Positions 7,967-17,860 of a stretch of 64,000 bases of DNA are shown one piece after another. This stretch comes from a virus: the IMG/VR virus record IMGVR_UViG_3300032288_005778, positions 1-64,000 of that record, one strand, 5' to 3'. The notes below the pieces were generated by a model, which made no database searches, was not told the DNA's origin, and saw only the letters and a program-made list of their open reading frames with translations. How positions within the stretch are numbered: the first letter of the stretch is position 1; the number at the start of each line of letters is the position of its first letter. The position numbers and the translations under genes are program-made.

Positions 7967-9010
7967 TTACAATAACCACTGACTAATTACCGCTTGTGCC
8001 ACCTTTTCCATCATGCGCGGTGGTACACTCATACCTACCATATACTTACCTATTCTTGTACTTCTAGCTTTGTAATCATCTGGAAATGAGCCTAAGCGTT
8101 TATATTCTCTATAAGTTAATTTTCTGCATACATCCCAATGCGTATATAGTTCCGGTGTAGAACTAAGCGTGTTTGCAGGGCAACTATCATTAAGCCTAAT
8201 ATTGTTAAAACAGGAATTACGCTTCTCTGCCTTTAATAAAAAAGTTCTGTACGCATCACCTTTGCGTGTATGCTCCCAACATTTAATATCATTGGGACTA
8301 GGACGGGTTTCTTTAATTTCATCCTGTGTAAGCACTTGCAAATCACTAGTAGCTTCTCCTGCGCTAATCCATCGGTGCTTAGGTGCTAATATCAGTTTAG
8401 GTTTATGGATATCGTTGCGTAGTGCAATAAAAAATACCCGTTCTCGTCTCTGCGGTACACCACAGTCAGCAGCATTAACTAAGAATAATTGGGGGCTGTA
8501 ACCAATAGCTTTGAACTTATCAATGATGAGTTCGCAATAACCTTTAGCATTACCTAATATTAACCCTTTGACATTTTCAGCGATCGCTACTTTGGGTTTT
8601 AGCTTTTCAACTAAGTTTAAATAATCAAAGAAGAGGTCATCTAACACTTGTACAGCTTGACCTTCCCGAAAGTGTTTTTTCTTCCCCCAGTCCTTTTCCC
8701 GATTACCTGATACTGAAAAATTAGAACAGGGTGGGCTACCATCTAATATGTCTAAATGATGGAGTTCACTGGGCAATGACTTCTTAACCAAGTCCTTAAC
8801 TGGACACAAGAAATAATGTTGAGGGTTAAGATTTAGCTTGTAATGATAAGCCATTTCCGGGTCAATGTCATTAGCAGCAATAACATCGCAACCTGTCAAT
8901 TTATAACCCAAAGAACTACCACCACCGCAACTAAAAGTAGACATTACTTTTAGTCCATTTTGGGGTACGAACTTTAAATCTTTTAAGTACCAAGCGTGGG
9001 GATTATTCAT
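7967..9010 (-). CDS. C5-cytosine DNA methyltransferase
   Basis: FSCGGG (motif I), GSPPCSNFS (IV), ENV (VI), PQRRERVF (VIII); start overlaps the upstream stop. Confidence 0.93.
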   Translation of the reverse strand: MNNPHAWYLKDLKFVPQNGLKVMSTFSCGGGSSLGYKLTGCDVIAANDIDPEMAYHYKLNLNPQHYFLCPVKDLVKKSLPSELHHLDILDGSPPCSNFSVSGNREKDWGKKKHFREGQAVQVLDDLFFDYLNLVEKLKPKVAIAENVKGLILGNAKGYCELIIDKFKAIGYSPQLFLVNAADCGVPQRRERVFFIALRNDIHKPKLILAPKHRWISAGEATSDLQVLTQDEIKETRPSPNDIKCWEHTRKGDAYRTFLLKAEKRNSCFNNIRLNDSCPANTLSSTPELYTHWDVCRKLTYREYKRLGSFPDDYKARSTRIGKYMVGMSVPPRMMEKVAQAVISQWLL

Positions 9011-9557
9011 TTTTATCATTGTACTGAAAACCACATTTAGGACACTTGTGGTCAAATTCAAACTCATCTACATCAACTTCCTTGGTTGACGATTTTGGGG
9101 TAGGCTTGTCAACTTCTTCTTCCGGTTCGTCATCCAGAAAACTTAAATCTAGCAGATTGGATATCTCCAGTTCGCTAAACCCAGTTATCTCTAAATCAAA
9201 TCCACTGCTTTGTAGAAACTCAAAATCCAGTTTCAACAACTCAGGATCAAATCCAGTGTTCATGGTTAGCTTATTGTGCGTATCACGATAAGCCACCTTC
9301 TGTTCTTCTGTCAGTCCAGTAACTTGAATTACAGAAATAGTTTTATCGCCCCGTTGCTTGGCTGCTAAAAGGCGACCATGACCTGCTAGTATTTCACCAT
9401 TCTCATCTACCGCTATCGGGTCGAGGAAGGTAAATTCCCCAATGGATCTGGCTATCTGTTTTACATGGGAATCAGGATGTAATTTAGGATTGTTCCCGTA
9501 AGGAACAACGCGCTCAATACCCCATTCTTCAATCTGACTGCGTTTAATTTTGCTCAT
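9003..9557 (-). CDS. ParB/Srx N-terminal domain protein with a C-terminal CxxC
   Basis: PYGNNPKLH, PIAVDENGEILAGHGRLLAA, HNKLT, CPKCG. Confidence 0.85.
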   Translation of the reverse strand: MSKIKRSQIEEWGIERVVPYGNNPKLHPDSHVKQIARSIGEFTFLDPIAVDENGEILAGHGRLLAAKQRGDKTISVIQVTGLTEEQKVAYRDTHNKLTMNTGFDPELLKLDFEFLQSSGFDLEITGFSELEISNLLDLSFLDDEPEEEVDKPTPKSSTKEVDVDEFEFDHKCPKCGFQYNDKNE

Positions 9558-9838
9558 TAAAATACCACCTGTAGGCTCTGTTCATTGTACGTTGTATCAT
9601 ACCATATTTGTCATTATTTAACCCCTTAAAGTCAATCAATTCTCTAATTTTTTCAGCAGGAATATCTCTGAATGATTGCCCAAGTGATTGACCTATAAAA
9701 ACATCAGTCAATGTTTCTACTCCCGTGCAATGATTCCTTATTTAACAAGTGGGGATGAATCAATCTGTATAAACTTTGCCCGCGTTCAATAGCGATCGCA
9801 CCATGTCCAGTAATATCAAAAACTTTAAATATCTTCAT
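9544..9838 (-). pseudogene. Frameshifted STAS-like (DUF4325-type) gene
   Basis: MKIFKVFDITGHGAIAIERGQSLYRLIHPHL continues in another frame as TGVETLTDVFIGQSLGQ..IPAEKI, with the shift near 9730. Confidence 0.55.
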
Positions 9839-10490
9839 CTTCATCTTCATCTTCATCTTCATCACCATGATCATTAAAATTATCTTTGTCATCATCAACA
9901 ACTACGTGATCAACTGAAATATTGGGATGATCGGCATCTCTCTTGCTTGGATCTATAATCTCATACCCTTCTCCTCTCACTTTCTGGGTGGCTGCATTCA
10001 TGTCGACGTGGTATCTGAGACCTAATATCTCACTGATAGCATCTGTCGAGCGTTTAAGCGCCTGTGACAAATTATTAATTTCTACTGAGGTATGTTTGGC
10101 GATCGCTTTTTTCTTGTATTCATCAGGTAGTTTTAAGTCCTGGGCTAGTTGAGCAACTTTTTGACTTATTAATCTTGCAATATAATTTCGGGTCATTTCA
10201 TGCACCTGGTAGTTTTCCGCAACTATTGACGAAAATTCGTTAGATATCTCAGTAGATACCTTTTCAATTATTTTTTTTCGCGTTGTTGTACCGAGTGATG
10301 ATTGAAAATGTATTCTCTGTTGATGCCAGTTGCGACCCTCAATTAATTCTGCCGACCACTTTTGAATAGTGCTAGGAGCACGCCCCGAAAGCTTTGCCAC
10401 GCCCCTAATTCCTATGTCGTCATCACATTCAACGTAACGACGGCGACACTGAGTTTTTGACCACGGCTTAGGCAGTTTTTCCCACTTCAT
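9825..10490 (-). CDS. Putative terminase small subunit / HTH protein
   Basis: N-terminal HTH (IRGVAKLSGRAPSTIQKWS..W), acidic tail, adjacent to ParB and MTase genes. Confidence 0.4.
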   Translation of the reverse strand: MKWEKLPKPWSKTQCRRRYVECDDDIGIRGVAKLSGRAPSTIQKWSAELIEGRNWHQQRIHFQSSLGTTTRKKIIEKVSTEISNEFSSIVAENYQVHEMTRNYIARLISQKVAQLAQDLKLPDEYKKKAIAKHTSVEINNLSQALKRSTDAISEILGLRYHVDMNAATQKVRGEGYEIIDPSKRDADHPNISVDHVVVDDDKDNFNDHGDEDEDEDEDEDI

Positions 10491-10650
10491 AATAAGACTT
10501 TTCCTGTTTTAATTTTTGGTGATCATACACAAATACTAATCAAGCCCACTATTTTTTTATTAATCTTAATACAATATTGCATTTTATTTAAGCGTAATTG
10601 ATAAACAAAAGCAGGTCAAGTATTAACCCGACCCGCTTGCTCAATGCCCG

Positions 10651-10944
10651 CTAATTATTTTGTTTCCAGTATTTAAGCTTTGTGTAATTCTCCTCTATAC
10701 TACTCACCACATCACTACCCGTTTTGGTTAATCGGTAGTAGCCCCGATTTTTACCTTTGACTACCATGCTGCTGACTTTTTCAATAAGTTCTTTTTCGGT
10801 TAATTTGTTTAGAGATGGGTACAGACTCCCGTAGCCAATGTTGTGTCCACAGCATTCACTGATTGCTTGTTTGATCTCAAGTCCGTACATCGTGCGATCG
10901 CGGATAGCCCTTAAAATCAATTCTTCGCTGATAGACAATTTCAT
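10651..10944 (-). CDS. PadR-family transcriptional regulator
   Basis: MYGLEI..GSLYPSLNKL..RGYYRLTKTG. Confidence 0.9.
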   Translation of the reverse strand: MKLSISEELILRAIRDRTMYGLEIKQAISECCGHNIGYGSLYPSLNKLTEKELIEKVSSMVVKGKNRGYYRLTKTGSDVVSSIEENYTKLKYWKQNN

Positions 10945-11091
10945 ACTCTTGTTACACCAATGGACAATCTCTTTTAATTGCCTTAATACAAAAACTGGTA
11001 GCTTATCGTTTAAGTATTTTTCCGCAATCTCTTTTGCTTTTCAGGGTTATCAGCTTTTAAGTACAGGGGGTTAACCAGGCACTCATTTTCT

Positions 11092-11355
11092 TTAGCTACT
11101 AAGAATGTTCCAAAAAAAAGTATCATCTCTCCAATTGCGAGGGGCTGCATCAATGTGATGCAACCACCAAGTAAAATTATTTTTAATAAAGGAAAATCCC
11201 CTTAAAAACCTGCTTTCCTTCTCTTCTTTTATCCTTGAAACTGACAAAAATTCTATATCTGGATGTTCAAGTTCCGTTTGAAGCATGGCAACAATATCCT
11301 CTTGTGAGAGGCTTGGATTAACTATAACGTTAATCTTTGCATTCCAAGTTTTCAT
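11092..11355 (-). CDS. Hypothetical protein (tandem duplicate 1)
   Basis: MKTWNAKINVIV..; paralog starts at 11639. Confidence 0.55.
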   Translation of the reverse strand: MKTWNAKINVIVNPSLSQEDIVAMLQTELEHPDIEFLSVSRIKEEKESRFLRGFSFIKNNFTWWLHHIDAAPRNWRDDTFFWNILSS

Positions 11356-11399
11356 GTTTTCAAACCTTCTTAATTTCCTGCTTATTGTGTATATCAAAA

Positions 11400-11639
11400 T
11401 ATGGACAAAGCATCATTTTTCCAGTTGCAGGGCTGCATCACATTGATACAGCCACCAGGTAAGGTTTTTAATAAAGGAAAATCCCTTTAGGCATCCGTTT
11501 CTTCTTCTTCTTTGATTTCCGAGACTTCCAAGGATTCTATATCTGAATGATCAAGCTCTGTTTGAAGTATGGTGACAATATCCTCCTCTGAAAGTTCTGG
11601 ACTGACCATAACATTAATTTTCAAATTCCAAGTTTTCAT
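11400..11639 (-). pseudogene. Tandem duplicate 2, frameshifted or shorter relative to copy 1
   Basis: MKTWNLKINVMVSPELSEEDIVTILQTELDH..; the downstream GFSFIKNLTWWL lies in a different frame. Confidence 0.5.
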
Positions 11640-11703
11640 GGTTTAAATCCCCTTTTGGTTTCCTGTTTATTGATTTTTATTATATATCAAATTACGGATA
11701 ACG

Positions 11704-12033
11704 TCAAGGTCTGAATACTTGAATTAAACTTAGTTCTAACTCAAAAACAACTGCGCTTAAATAAGTGAATTTGAACGTCTCATAACGATAGAGGACCGAA
11801 TCAAGGTAGAACGGTCTACCTAAGTTTTCTGTTAAAAATTCATCTATTTCTAAATATTCAAACTGATTGTCTATAGTCAGGGTTAAAGTTTGGGTTGCTG
11901 TAGCTTGGTTAAGTTGATTTCTATTTCCCCTCTCGTCAACCCCACCCTGGTAATTCTGAGAAAGAAAACTAGATTCATGCTGTGCTGCATTATCCCACTT
12001 TAATTTTAAAGAACTAGGTGCAACTGCATACAT
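11704..12033 (-). CDS. Putative minor tail protein (lambda gpM-like)
   Basis: Size and pattern (YQGG..N.LN..IDEFL..PFY..ELSLIQVF); resembles 60998-61483. Confidence 0.45.
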   Translation of the reverse strand: MYAVAPSSLKLKWDNAAQHESSFLSQNYQGGVDERGNRNQLNQATATQTLTLTIDNQFEYLEIDEFLTENLGRPFYLDSVLYRYETFKFTYLSAVVFELELSLIQVFRP

Positions 12034-12116
12034 ATTTTAACGATAAAGCTGTTGGCTGATAACCAACAGCACCCTTAATTTATCAGAGTTTGACATTTAC
12101 AATTATATCACAAAAA

Positions 12117-12701
12117 TCAAACCTTGGCTACGGTTACAACCTCTAATTGATCTTGATATTTTCCCCTACGAGATTCATAGGTAACAGCACAAGGTTCACC
12201 TTCAAAAAATAGTAATTGTGCAACACCTTCATTGGCATAGATGCGGCAGTCAGCACTGCATGAATTAGAAAATTCTAAAGTTAAGTGACCACGCCATGCT
12301 GCTTCTGCTGGGGTCAAATTAGCAATGATTCCACATCGCGCATAACTACTTTTCCCAATACAGATTACAGTGATATTTGTGGGAACTTGCAATTTCTCCA
12401 AAGCCACGCCCAAGCCATAGGAATGAGCAGGAAGAATAAAATAACTACCCTGACTATCAGCATGTAGTGTGGCTGGTTCTAAGTTGTCAAGATTAAAGTT
12501 CTTAGGATCAATTACAGTCCCAGGAATGCGACGGAAAACGCAAAACTGAGATGGTGATAAACGAATATCATAACCATAAGAAGACAGCCCATAACTAATT
12601 ACAGGCTGGTTTTGAGGTGACTCTATCCTGCGAATCAAACTTGGTTCAAAAGGGGTGATCATGCCCTCTTGAGACTTGATCCAAACATCATTTTTAATCA
12701 T
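12117..12701 (-). CDS. dcd: dCTP deaminase
   Basis: ISYGLSSYGYDIRL, GKSSYARCG, EAAWRGHLTLE, GVAQLLF, GKYQDQ. Confidence 0.97.
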   Translation of the reverse strand: MIKNDVWIKSQEGMITPFEPSLIRRIESPQNQPVISYGLSSYGYDIRLSPSQFCVFRRIPGTVIDPKNFNLDNLEPATLHADSQGSYFILPAHSYGLGVALEKLQVPTNITVICIGKSSYARCGIIANLTPAEAAWRGHLTLEFSNSCSADCRIYANEGVAQLLFFEGEPCAVTYESRRGKYQDQLEVVTVAKV

Positions 12702-13203
12702 TTGTTTTCTGGTTTTTTGAAAAGATAACCATTTCTAATTTAAGCTTACCGTCATCATGCACTGTTTTAAATGTCACCTCTTCTTCTTTGGTTTTCCAGC
12801 TTCTTCTAACGTATCTTCTGAGCGCTCCTGTGGGAGTAATCGTATCACCCACAGAATTTGTTTTTACCGGAGCATCTTTGTACTTTTTGGTTAAGTGTTC
12901 CAAGTGGGTGCTAACATCAGTAGACAATAATATTATTTCGCTTAATTGATTGCTATCAAAAACATAGCAAACAACGTAAACAGCGTTATAGCCAGTCCAG
13001 TAGGTATTGTAAACTTCTCTGTCTAACTTAAAGTCTTCACCGCAAGTACCTTTCATAATCTCAGGTTTGTTTGGCGCAACCTTGGATACTTGCTCCGGGG
13101 TCATTCCCCATTTAGCAGCACCCCATTCAGCTTTTGCTGGTGCTGCAATCAATAGTAAAGCTGATATTCCAATCCCTAGTGTTTTTAAAAACATATTTGT
13201 CAC
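12694..13203 (-). CDS. Hypothetical exported protein
   Basis: Signal peptide ending APAKA; WGMTPEQV motif. Confidence 0.65.
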   Translation of the reverse strand: MTNMFLKTLGIGISALLLIAAPAKAEWGAAKWGMTPEQVSKVAPNKPEIMKGTCGEDFKLDREVYNTYWTGYNAVYVVCYVFDSNQLSEIILLSTDVSTHLEHLTKKYKDAPVKTNSVGDTITPTGALRRYVRRSWKTKEEEVTFKTVHDDGKLKLEMVIFSKNQKTND

Positions 13204-13267
13204 CTGGTTGTGTTTGTGCTAAAATTTAAAAATTGCCAGGAAGGTAGACCTGGCAAATGCAGATGGA

Positions 13268-13759
13268 CTAAATGATCTGGAGAAACAAATTTAACGTGGG
13301 AATAGGTACGGGGAGATGAGAGCAAAAGTCTGCCCCGTTTTTCTTTGCCCATCTTCTTAATGTCCGCGCAGATACTGATTTACCCAGATGTCTCTGCAAC
13401 CAGCTTGGCACATCCTTCCCTAGCACACCATCAATAATGACTCCATCCTTCAATTGCTGATCTACTATTGCTTTTATTACAGGTTGGTTCAACCTTTTAA
13501 TTATTTCTTTTAAATCAATACCAGACTGCCAACCAGCAGGGGGGTTATCCCCTCGTTTCTGTTCACACCGCATATATGCAAGCGCGAATAGTCGCTGGGC
13601 ATAAGTTTTGTCAAGCATTGGTTCAGTGCCTTTCGGGTTTTTGCGACCGTCCGGTACTCGACAAATACGTTTGTATTTCCGCCAGGTGCGATCGCATATT
13701 GCACCATCATAAAGTTCCACGCATTTAGCCCGTACCCACCGTTCAGGGTATTCATTCAT
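13268..13759 (-). CDS. Hypothetical DNA-binding protein
   Basis: Two HTH-like RTWRKYK / RTLRRWAK segments; overlapping operon arrangement. Confidence 0.6.
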   Translation of the reverse strand: MNEYPERWVRAKCVELYDGAICDRTWRKYKRICRVPDGRKNPKGTEPMLDKTYAQRLFALAYMRCEQKRGDNPPAGWQSGIDLKEIIKRLNQPVIKAIVDQQLKDGVIIDGVLGKDVPSWLQRHLGKSVSARTLRRWAKKNGADFCSHLPVPIPTLNLFLQII

Positions 13760-13985
13760 AAACTACAATTGCCTCCATTAGTTCTTGTAATGTAGTAAAA
13801 CCGTGAGAATTGCTACGGTATTTTTCCGCAGTGTCTAGAATTTTCTCAGCTATATATTCGTTTTTGCAAATAATAACCAATGCTTCTAAAACCTTTCTTA
13901 CTTGATGATTCTTAAGATCATTGCACTCACTATTCAGGTATTGCAATACAGTCAACAATGGAACTTTCCACATACTTACCTCCAC
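13752..13985 (-). CDS. Hypothetical protein containing the self-protospacer
   Basis: Operon-coupled ORF; 13840-13876 is identical to the spacer at 26467-26503. Confidence 0.65.
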   Translation of the reverse strand: MEVSMWKVPLLTVLQYLNSECNDLKNHQVRKVLEALVIICKNEYIAEKILDTAEKYRSNSHGFTTLQELMEAIVVYE

Positions 13986-14461
13986 TCATCAGCCCAAATA
14001 AAATCAATACCAGCAGATAAGGCGCATTGCTGATCATCTCTGTTTACACCTACCATTAAAGCATGAGTTAGCGGTAGTGATGTATAATCCTCAATAAATT
14101 GGTGAATCATGCCAGGTGCGGGCTTGCGGTAATTACGCCCAAAAGGCAATTCTACCCAGGCAGTATCGCGGTGACACCTATAAGCTGTACTTCCATCAAA
14201 GGTTGTACAAAAGTTAACAGAACTCAAGCTGGGTAACAATTCCATTGTGTAGATTTGTTCCTGAATGCAAGATGATAATGTCTTTTTACGTCCTTGTATT
14301 CCCACTTGATTGGTAATTCCAGTAATATCCCAATCTGAGTATTTACTAATGATGTCTATGACACCTGGTATTAATTCCTGGTCTCGTGGATTGAGAATAA
14401 TACTACTTCCCGATTTGGATTGCCTAATGGCGTTTAGAGATAAAAACAATATCTTACTCAT
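13976..14461 (-). CDS. HAD-IIIA (GmhB/HisB-like) phosphatase homolog with degenerate catalytic motifs
   Basis: ITNQ.GI, RKPAPGMI and A..AGIDF are present; DxD reads SLN and GD reads GV. Confidence 0.75.
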   Translation of the reverse strand: MSKILFLSLNAIRQSKSGSSIILNPRDQELIPGVIDIISKYSDWDITGITNQVGIQGRKKTLSSCIQEQIYTMELLPSLSSVNFCTTFDGSTAYRCHRDTAWVELPFGRNYRKPAPGMIHQFIEDYTSLPLTHALMVGVNRDDQQCALSAGIDFIWADEWR

Positions 14462-14822
14462 CTTCTTTGGTTTTTGTGAAGTTTAATCTTTTTCGTCTGC
14501 TGACATTTTTGTAGTGACCAAAAGACTTCATCTGGATATCTTGTACTGATACTCCAAACTCAGCAGCCTTCTCTTGTTCGTGAGACTCAACTACTTGCTG
14601 TTCCTGTCTCCATAAAGTCGCTACTGCCATTTTGATTACGTCCGTTATGTCCATGCCATAGCACGCACCTATTCTTAGTACCTTGCGCTTTAACGCACTA
14701 GGGATTTTAGCGCGAATCTCTCTGGGTTCGTCGTTGATCACCTTTTTGCCGTTGATCAACCCCCGGTCAGGATGGGTGGCAATATCCTTTTCAATCTCTT
14801 CTCTTGTGCGCGGCTTAGTCAT
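14454..14822 (-). CDS. Ribbon-helix-helix regulator
   Basis: REIRAKIPSALKRKVLRIGACYGMDITDVIKMAV. Confidence 0.55.
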   Translation of the reverse strand: MTKPRTREEIEKDIATHPDRGLINGKKVINDEPREIRAKIPSALKRKVLRIGACYGMDITDVIKMAVATLWRQEQQVVESHEQEKAAEFGVSVQDIQMKSFGHYKNVSRRKRLNFTKTKEDE

Positions 14823-14953
14823 ATAGAACCTAAAACTATTATTTCCACTAATAGCACACTAATAGTGGAATATGCTATTTTTAAAATTAAAATCCCTCTA
14901 ATTGTTGAGAGCAATTAGAGGGATATGTCACCCCGCACAGGAGCTAACTAATT

Positions 14954-15199
14954 ATGGCACGAATGAAGCTAATTGAACCAGTTTTACCCCAAAAAGAGGC
15001 AAAAGCAGCCGGACTAAACCCCGGCGATCGCGGCTACCAAAAGTTTTGTATCAACTGGGTTGAGCAAAAAATATCTAAATATTATGAAGGAACTGGGCTA
15101 CAACCACCTGTAACCGCAACCGTCCAGAAATGGTTCTACGCCGACGAATTACCGGACTGGGTGGCTGTTTTCCTTCTGAATCTAGCTAAAAATAACTAA
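14954..15199 (+). CDS. Hypothetical (HTH-like) protein
   Basis: AGGAG RBS; VTATVQKWF. Confidence 0.6.
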   Translation: MARMKLIEPVLPQKEAKAAGLNPGDRGYQKFCINWVEQKISKYYEGTGLQPPVTATVQKWFYADELPDWVAVFLLNLAKNN

Positions 15200-15310
15200 T
15201 CCAAAGCCCCTTTAATTGTCAGCAAATGTGGGATTTCCCACATATCTATTGACGCTCTATTAGAGGGGTTTTATAGTAAGTACATACCGGACATAACCCG
15301 GACATGAAAG

Positions 15311-15601
15311 ATGAATCTACCAAAGATCAGCCGAAAACAGGCGGGAGCGACTTTAAGCGTAAGTCAAAGACAAGTACAGCGATATATCCGATTTGGGTAT
15401 CAATTTTTAGGGGTGTTTGAAAACTTTTTTAACACCCAATCAGAGGAACTAAATGGATTTCCTCTAACAGAAAAAGAACTTGCTGAACTGACTAAGATAC
15501 AGCAGTTAATACGTAAGTACAAAAACACAAAAAACAGTCACCAACAAATCAAAAAGGAGTTTGATAGTGGACAATGCACAAGTGATAATTTTAATCCGTA
15601 A
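15311..15601 (+). CDS. HTH DNA-binding protein
   Basis: SRKQAGATLSVSQRQVQRY. Confidence 0.65.
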   Translation: MNLPKISRKQAGATLSVSQRQVQRYIRFGYQFLGVFENFFNTQSEELNGFPLTEKELAELTKIQQLIRKYKNTKNSHQQIKKEFDSGQCTSDNFNP

Positions 15602-15702
15602 ACCAGAAGGAGGCGGCTATATAGAGTGGAAAGCAACCGCACCGTTAAGCATCTTTACAGCCAAGGCTAAAAAAGAAATTGAGCAAATATTAGGAGTCAC
15701 CA

Positions 15703-16248
15703 ATGAACGTATTTAATATTATCAGAAATTACGTAACTCAAGATATTTCTGATGAAGAATTAGAGGCAAAAGCCACGGCGATCGCCAATGAAGTCGAGTT
15801 AGACTTAAACAGTATTTACGACTCTGAATCTAAGACTTTTGATGAACCTAACGTCAAGTTTATTGCTGAAGAAATTGACAAGCGATCCGGATCAATAGCA
15901 TTAATTCCTGGTGGTAGTTCAATTGATTTAGTTACTCAAAAACCAGGAAAGAAAGCCCAAAATACTAAGAATAAAAACACTGGGCATAACCCTATTGGGG
16001 ATTTAAAACCAGTTATCATGCAACTAAATCAAGCAATATCTTTACGGGCAACAACCATGAAAGATATTGTTGCTAAAAAGGTTGAAGAAAAGGAGGATTC
16101 AATTGTAGATGATTTAGTTGGGATAACTAACGGCATGGAATCAAATATTGTAGAAAAGTTTACCACAGAACTCAAGAAGAGGTCGGAAGAAAACAAAAAC
16201 TTTCTCCAAGAATTTGAGTCAGCATTTGACGAGGTATGGGGTAATTAG
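15703..16248 (+). CDS. Hypothetical coiled-coil protein
   Basis: AGGAG RBS; first part of a tightly packed operon. Confidence 0.7.
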   Translation: MNVFNIIRNYVTQDISDEELEAKATAIANEVELDLNSIYDSESKTFDEPNVKFIAEEIDKRSGSIALIPGGSSIDLVTQKPGKKAQNTKNKNTGHNPIGDLKPVIMQLNQAISLRATTMKDIVAKKVEEKEDSIVDDLVGITNGMESNIVEKFTTELKKRSEENKNFLQEFESAFDEVWGN

Positions 16249-16417
16249 TGGGATTATTAGCCCTTCCTATTGGCTGGTAGCAGCCATATTTGCTCAATTG
16301 TTCATAGCATCAGGAATAGTAATTTATGCAGTTTCCCAGCCATCTAGGGATAGAGGAGGATATCGAATATCAACCCCAGAAGAACCCACTAGAACTTACC
16401 GTGAAACCCAGTGGTGA
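16214..16417 (+). CDS. Small membrane protein
   Basis: One hydrophobic helix; ATG at 16235 overlaps the upstream stop region. Confidence 0.45.
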   Translation: MSQHLTRYGVISGIISPSYWLVAAIFAQLFIASGIVIYAVSQPSRDRGGYRISTPEEPTRTYRETQW

Positions 16418-16679
16418 GTTTGCAGTCAAGGGTTCTGTTCCCGAAGATATCCTTGATAGGATCATCACCTCATCCGACTACCACAAAGATCAACAGTATC
16501 GCATTGAACAACAGATTCAGCGTGACGCAACCATAACTAATATCTTCACTGTTAGTTTTTTGGGATTGACCTTTTTTGTATTAATTCTTTGCGCATATTT
16601 AAGTATCAACAAATCAACCAACCAGGAGCATCAAAATGTTGGACAACGTATTCAAGGGACTTGCACCCAGCGGCAATAA
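16326..16679 (+). CDS. Single-pass membrane protein
   Basis: IFTVSFLGLTFFVLILCAYL transmembrane helix. Confidence 0.6.
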   Translation: MQFPSHLGIEEDIEYQPQKNPLELTVKPSGEFAVKGSVPEDILDRIITSSDYHKDQQYRIEQQIQRDATITNIFTVSFLGLTFFVLILCAYLSINKSTNQEHQNVGQRIQGTCTQRQ

Positions 16680-17076
16680 AACTGACTTAAAAGGAATTGG
16701 AACTAATGTCACAAAAATCGGGGACATGGGTAGCTCTTTAGCAAGAATTAAAGAGAGAATGATCCTTCCAGAATCAGTTTCCGCCCAACAAGTTTTAGAC
16801 GAAGCTAAACATATTGGAGAAATAGAAGCCCAATTAGAATTAGCAAGAGACATAGTTACCAGTAGAAGTCAGCAAATGGATCAGCTATTAAGACTTCATG
16901 AGTTGAATGTTCAACATACTCAAAAAGTAATGCAAGTTGATGAACGTTTAAGAGGGATTGAAGCTAGTCACGGCAAAGTTGTGTCCAAGTATCAACTAGG
17001 CGCAGCAGAAACTCAAGTTAACTTAAACGCCTACGAAACAGTCTATACGGTTCAAGCCACGGAGATATTTTCATGA
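16636..17076 (+). CDS. Coiled-coil hypothetical protein
   Basis: AGGAG RBS; heptad-rich; ATGA coupling to the next gene. Confidence 0.7.
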   Translation: MLDNVFKGLAPSGNKTDLKGIGTNVTKIGDMGSSLARIKERMILPESVSAQQVLDEAKHIGEIEAQLELARDIVTSRSQQMDQLLRLHELNVQHTQKVMQVDERLRGIEASHGKVVSKYQLGAAETQVNLNAYETVYTVQATEIFS

Positions 17077-17555
17077 TATTTAAGAGGAATAGTGAAGCCG
17101 ACGCTACTCTATTCCGATTCTTTAATAAAGTTGGTTGGGGTGTGCTTGTGTACAATGCTTACACCCTGTACCCACACTTTTATAACTTATTAAAGAGTGC
17201 GGAATATTGGCAAAGAATTTTTGCAAGTGCGGTAACAGTTGCCTTGATTTTGGGGATTGAATTATCTGTAACCACAGTTTTATTTGACCCCAAAATATTG
17301 GTTAAGATTTTGGAAAAACCTAGAGCAGATAAAGAGGTGAAGCAAATATTTGATGCAGTGTTTTTTGTTGGTATAACAGCTTTTTTGCTAATAGCAGCCT
17401 ACACTTTTTGGACTGATTATCAAATCAATTTAAAACAATTAGGCAATCCTTCCTTGATGTTTCTAAAAGTTCTGTGTGGGGTATTTGTTGTTGGTAGTGA
17501 ATTAGCTTTTGGCTGTGCAAATGTATTTTATTTAGCAAGCAGAGAGGAAGACTAA
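17073..17555 (+). CDS. Multi-pass (about 4 TM) membrane protein
   Basis: Four hydrophobic segments. Confidence 0.75.
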   Translation: MIFKRNSEADATLFRFFNKVGWGVLVYNAYTLYPHFYNLLKSAEYWQRIFASAVTVALILGIELSVTTVLFDPKILVKILEKPRADKEVKQIFDAVFFVGITAFLLIAAYTFWTDYQINLKQLGNPSLMFLKVLCGVFVVGSELAFGCANVFYLASREED

Positions 17556-17556
17556 G

Positions 17557-17652
17557 ATGTTAATCCCAGACATTACAGGCGTGGTTACAATACTATTAAT
17601 CGCATTGTTCTTAGGCATGATTTTGTACTTACAATATGACATGAGAAGGTAA
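17557..17652 (+). CDS. 31-aa single-TM peptide (not in the ORF track)
   Basis: MLIPDITGVVTILLIALFLGMILYLQYDMRR*, GAGG RBS. Confidence 0.5.
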   Translation: MLIPDITGVVTILLIALFLGMILYLQYDMRR

Positions 17653-17850
17653 GTGATGACAAAATATCAAGTTATTTTTCAAGGTGATTGGGAGACTCCC
17701 AGCCAAGAAGTATTGGAGCAACCCCTACCTTATGACGAAGCCATAAAAATGGCAGCATCACTACAAGCTGATATTTCTCTTGATGAGGATCTTTCAATCA
17801 AAGATATCTTTGAGTATCAAAGTTTTTTTTGTAGTGACTCCAATCTTTGA
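17653..17850 (+). CDS. Hypothetical acidic protein
   Basis: Fills the operon gap. Confidence 0.5.
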   Translation: MMTKYQVIFQGDWETPSQEVLEQPLPYDEAIKMAASLQADISLDEDLSIKDIFEYQSFFCSDSNL

Positions 17851-17860
17851 GGATTAACCA

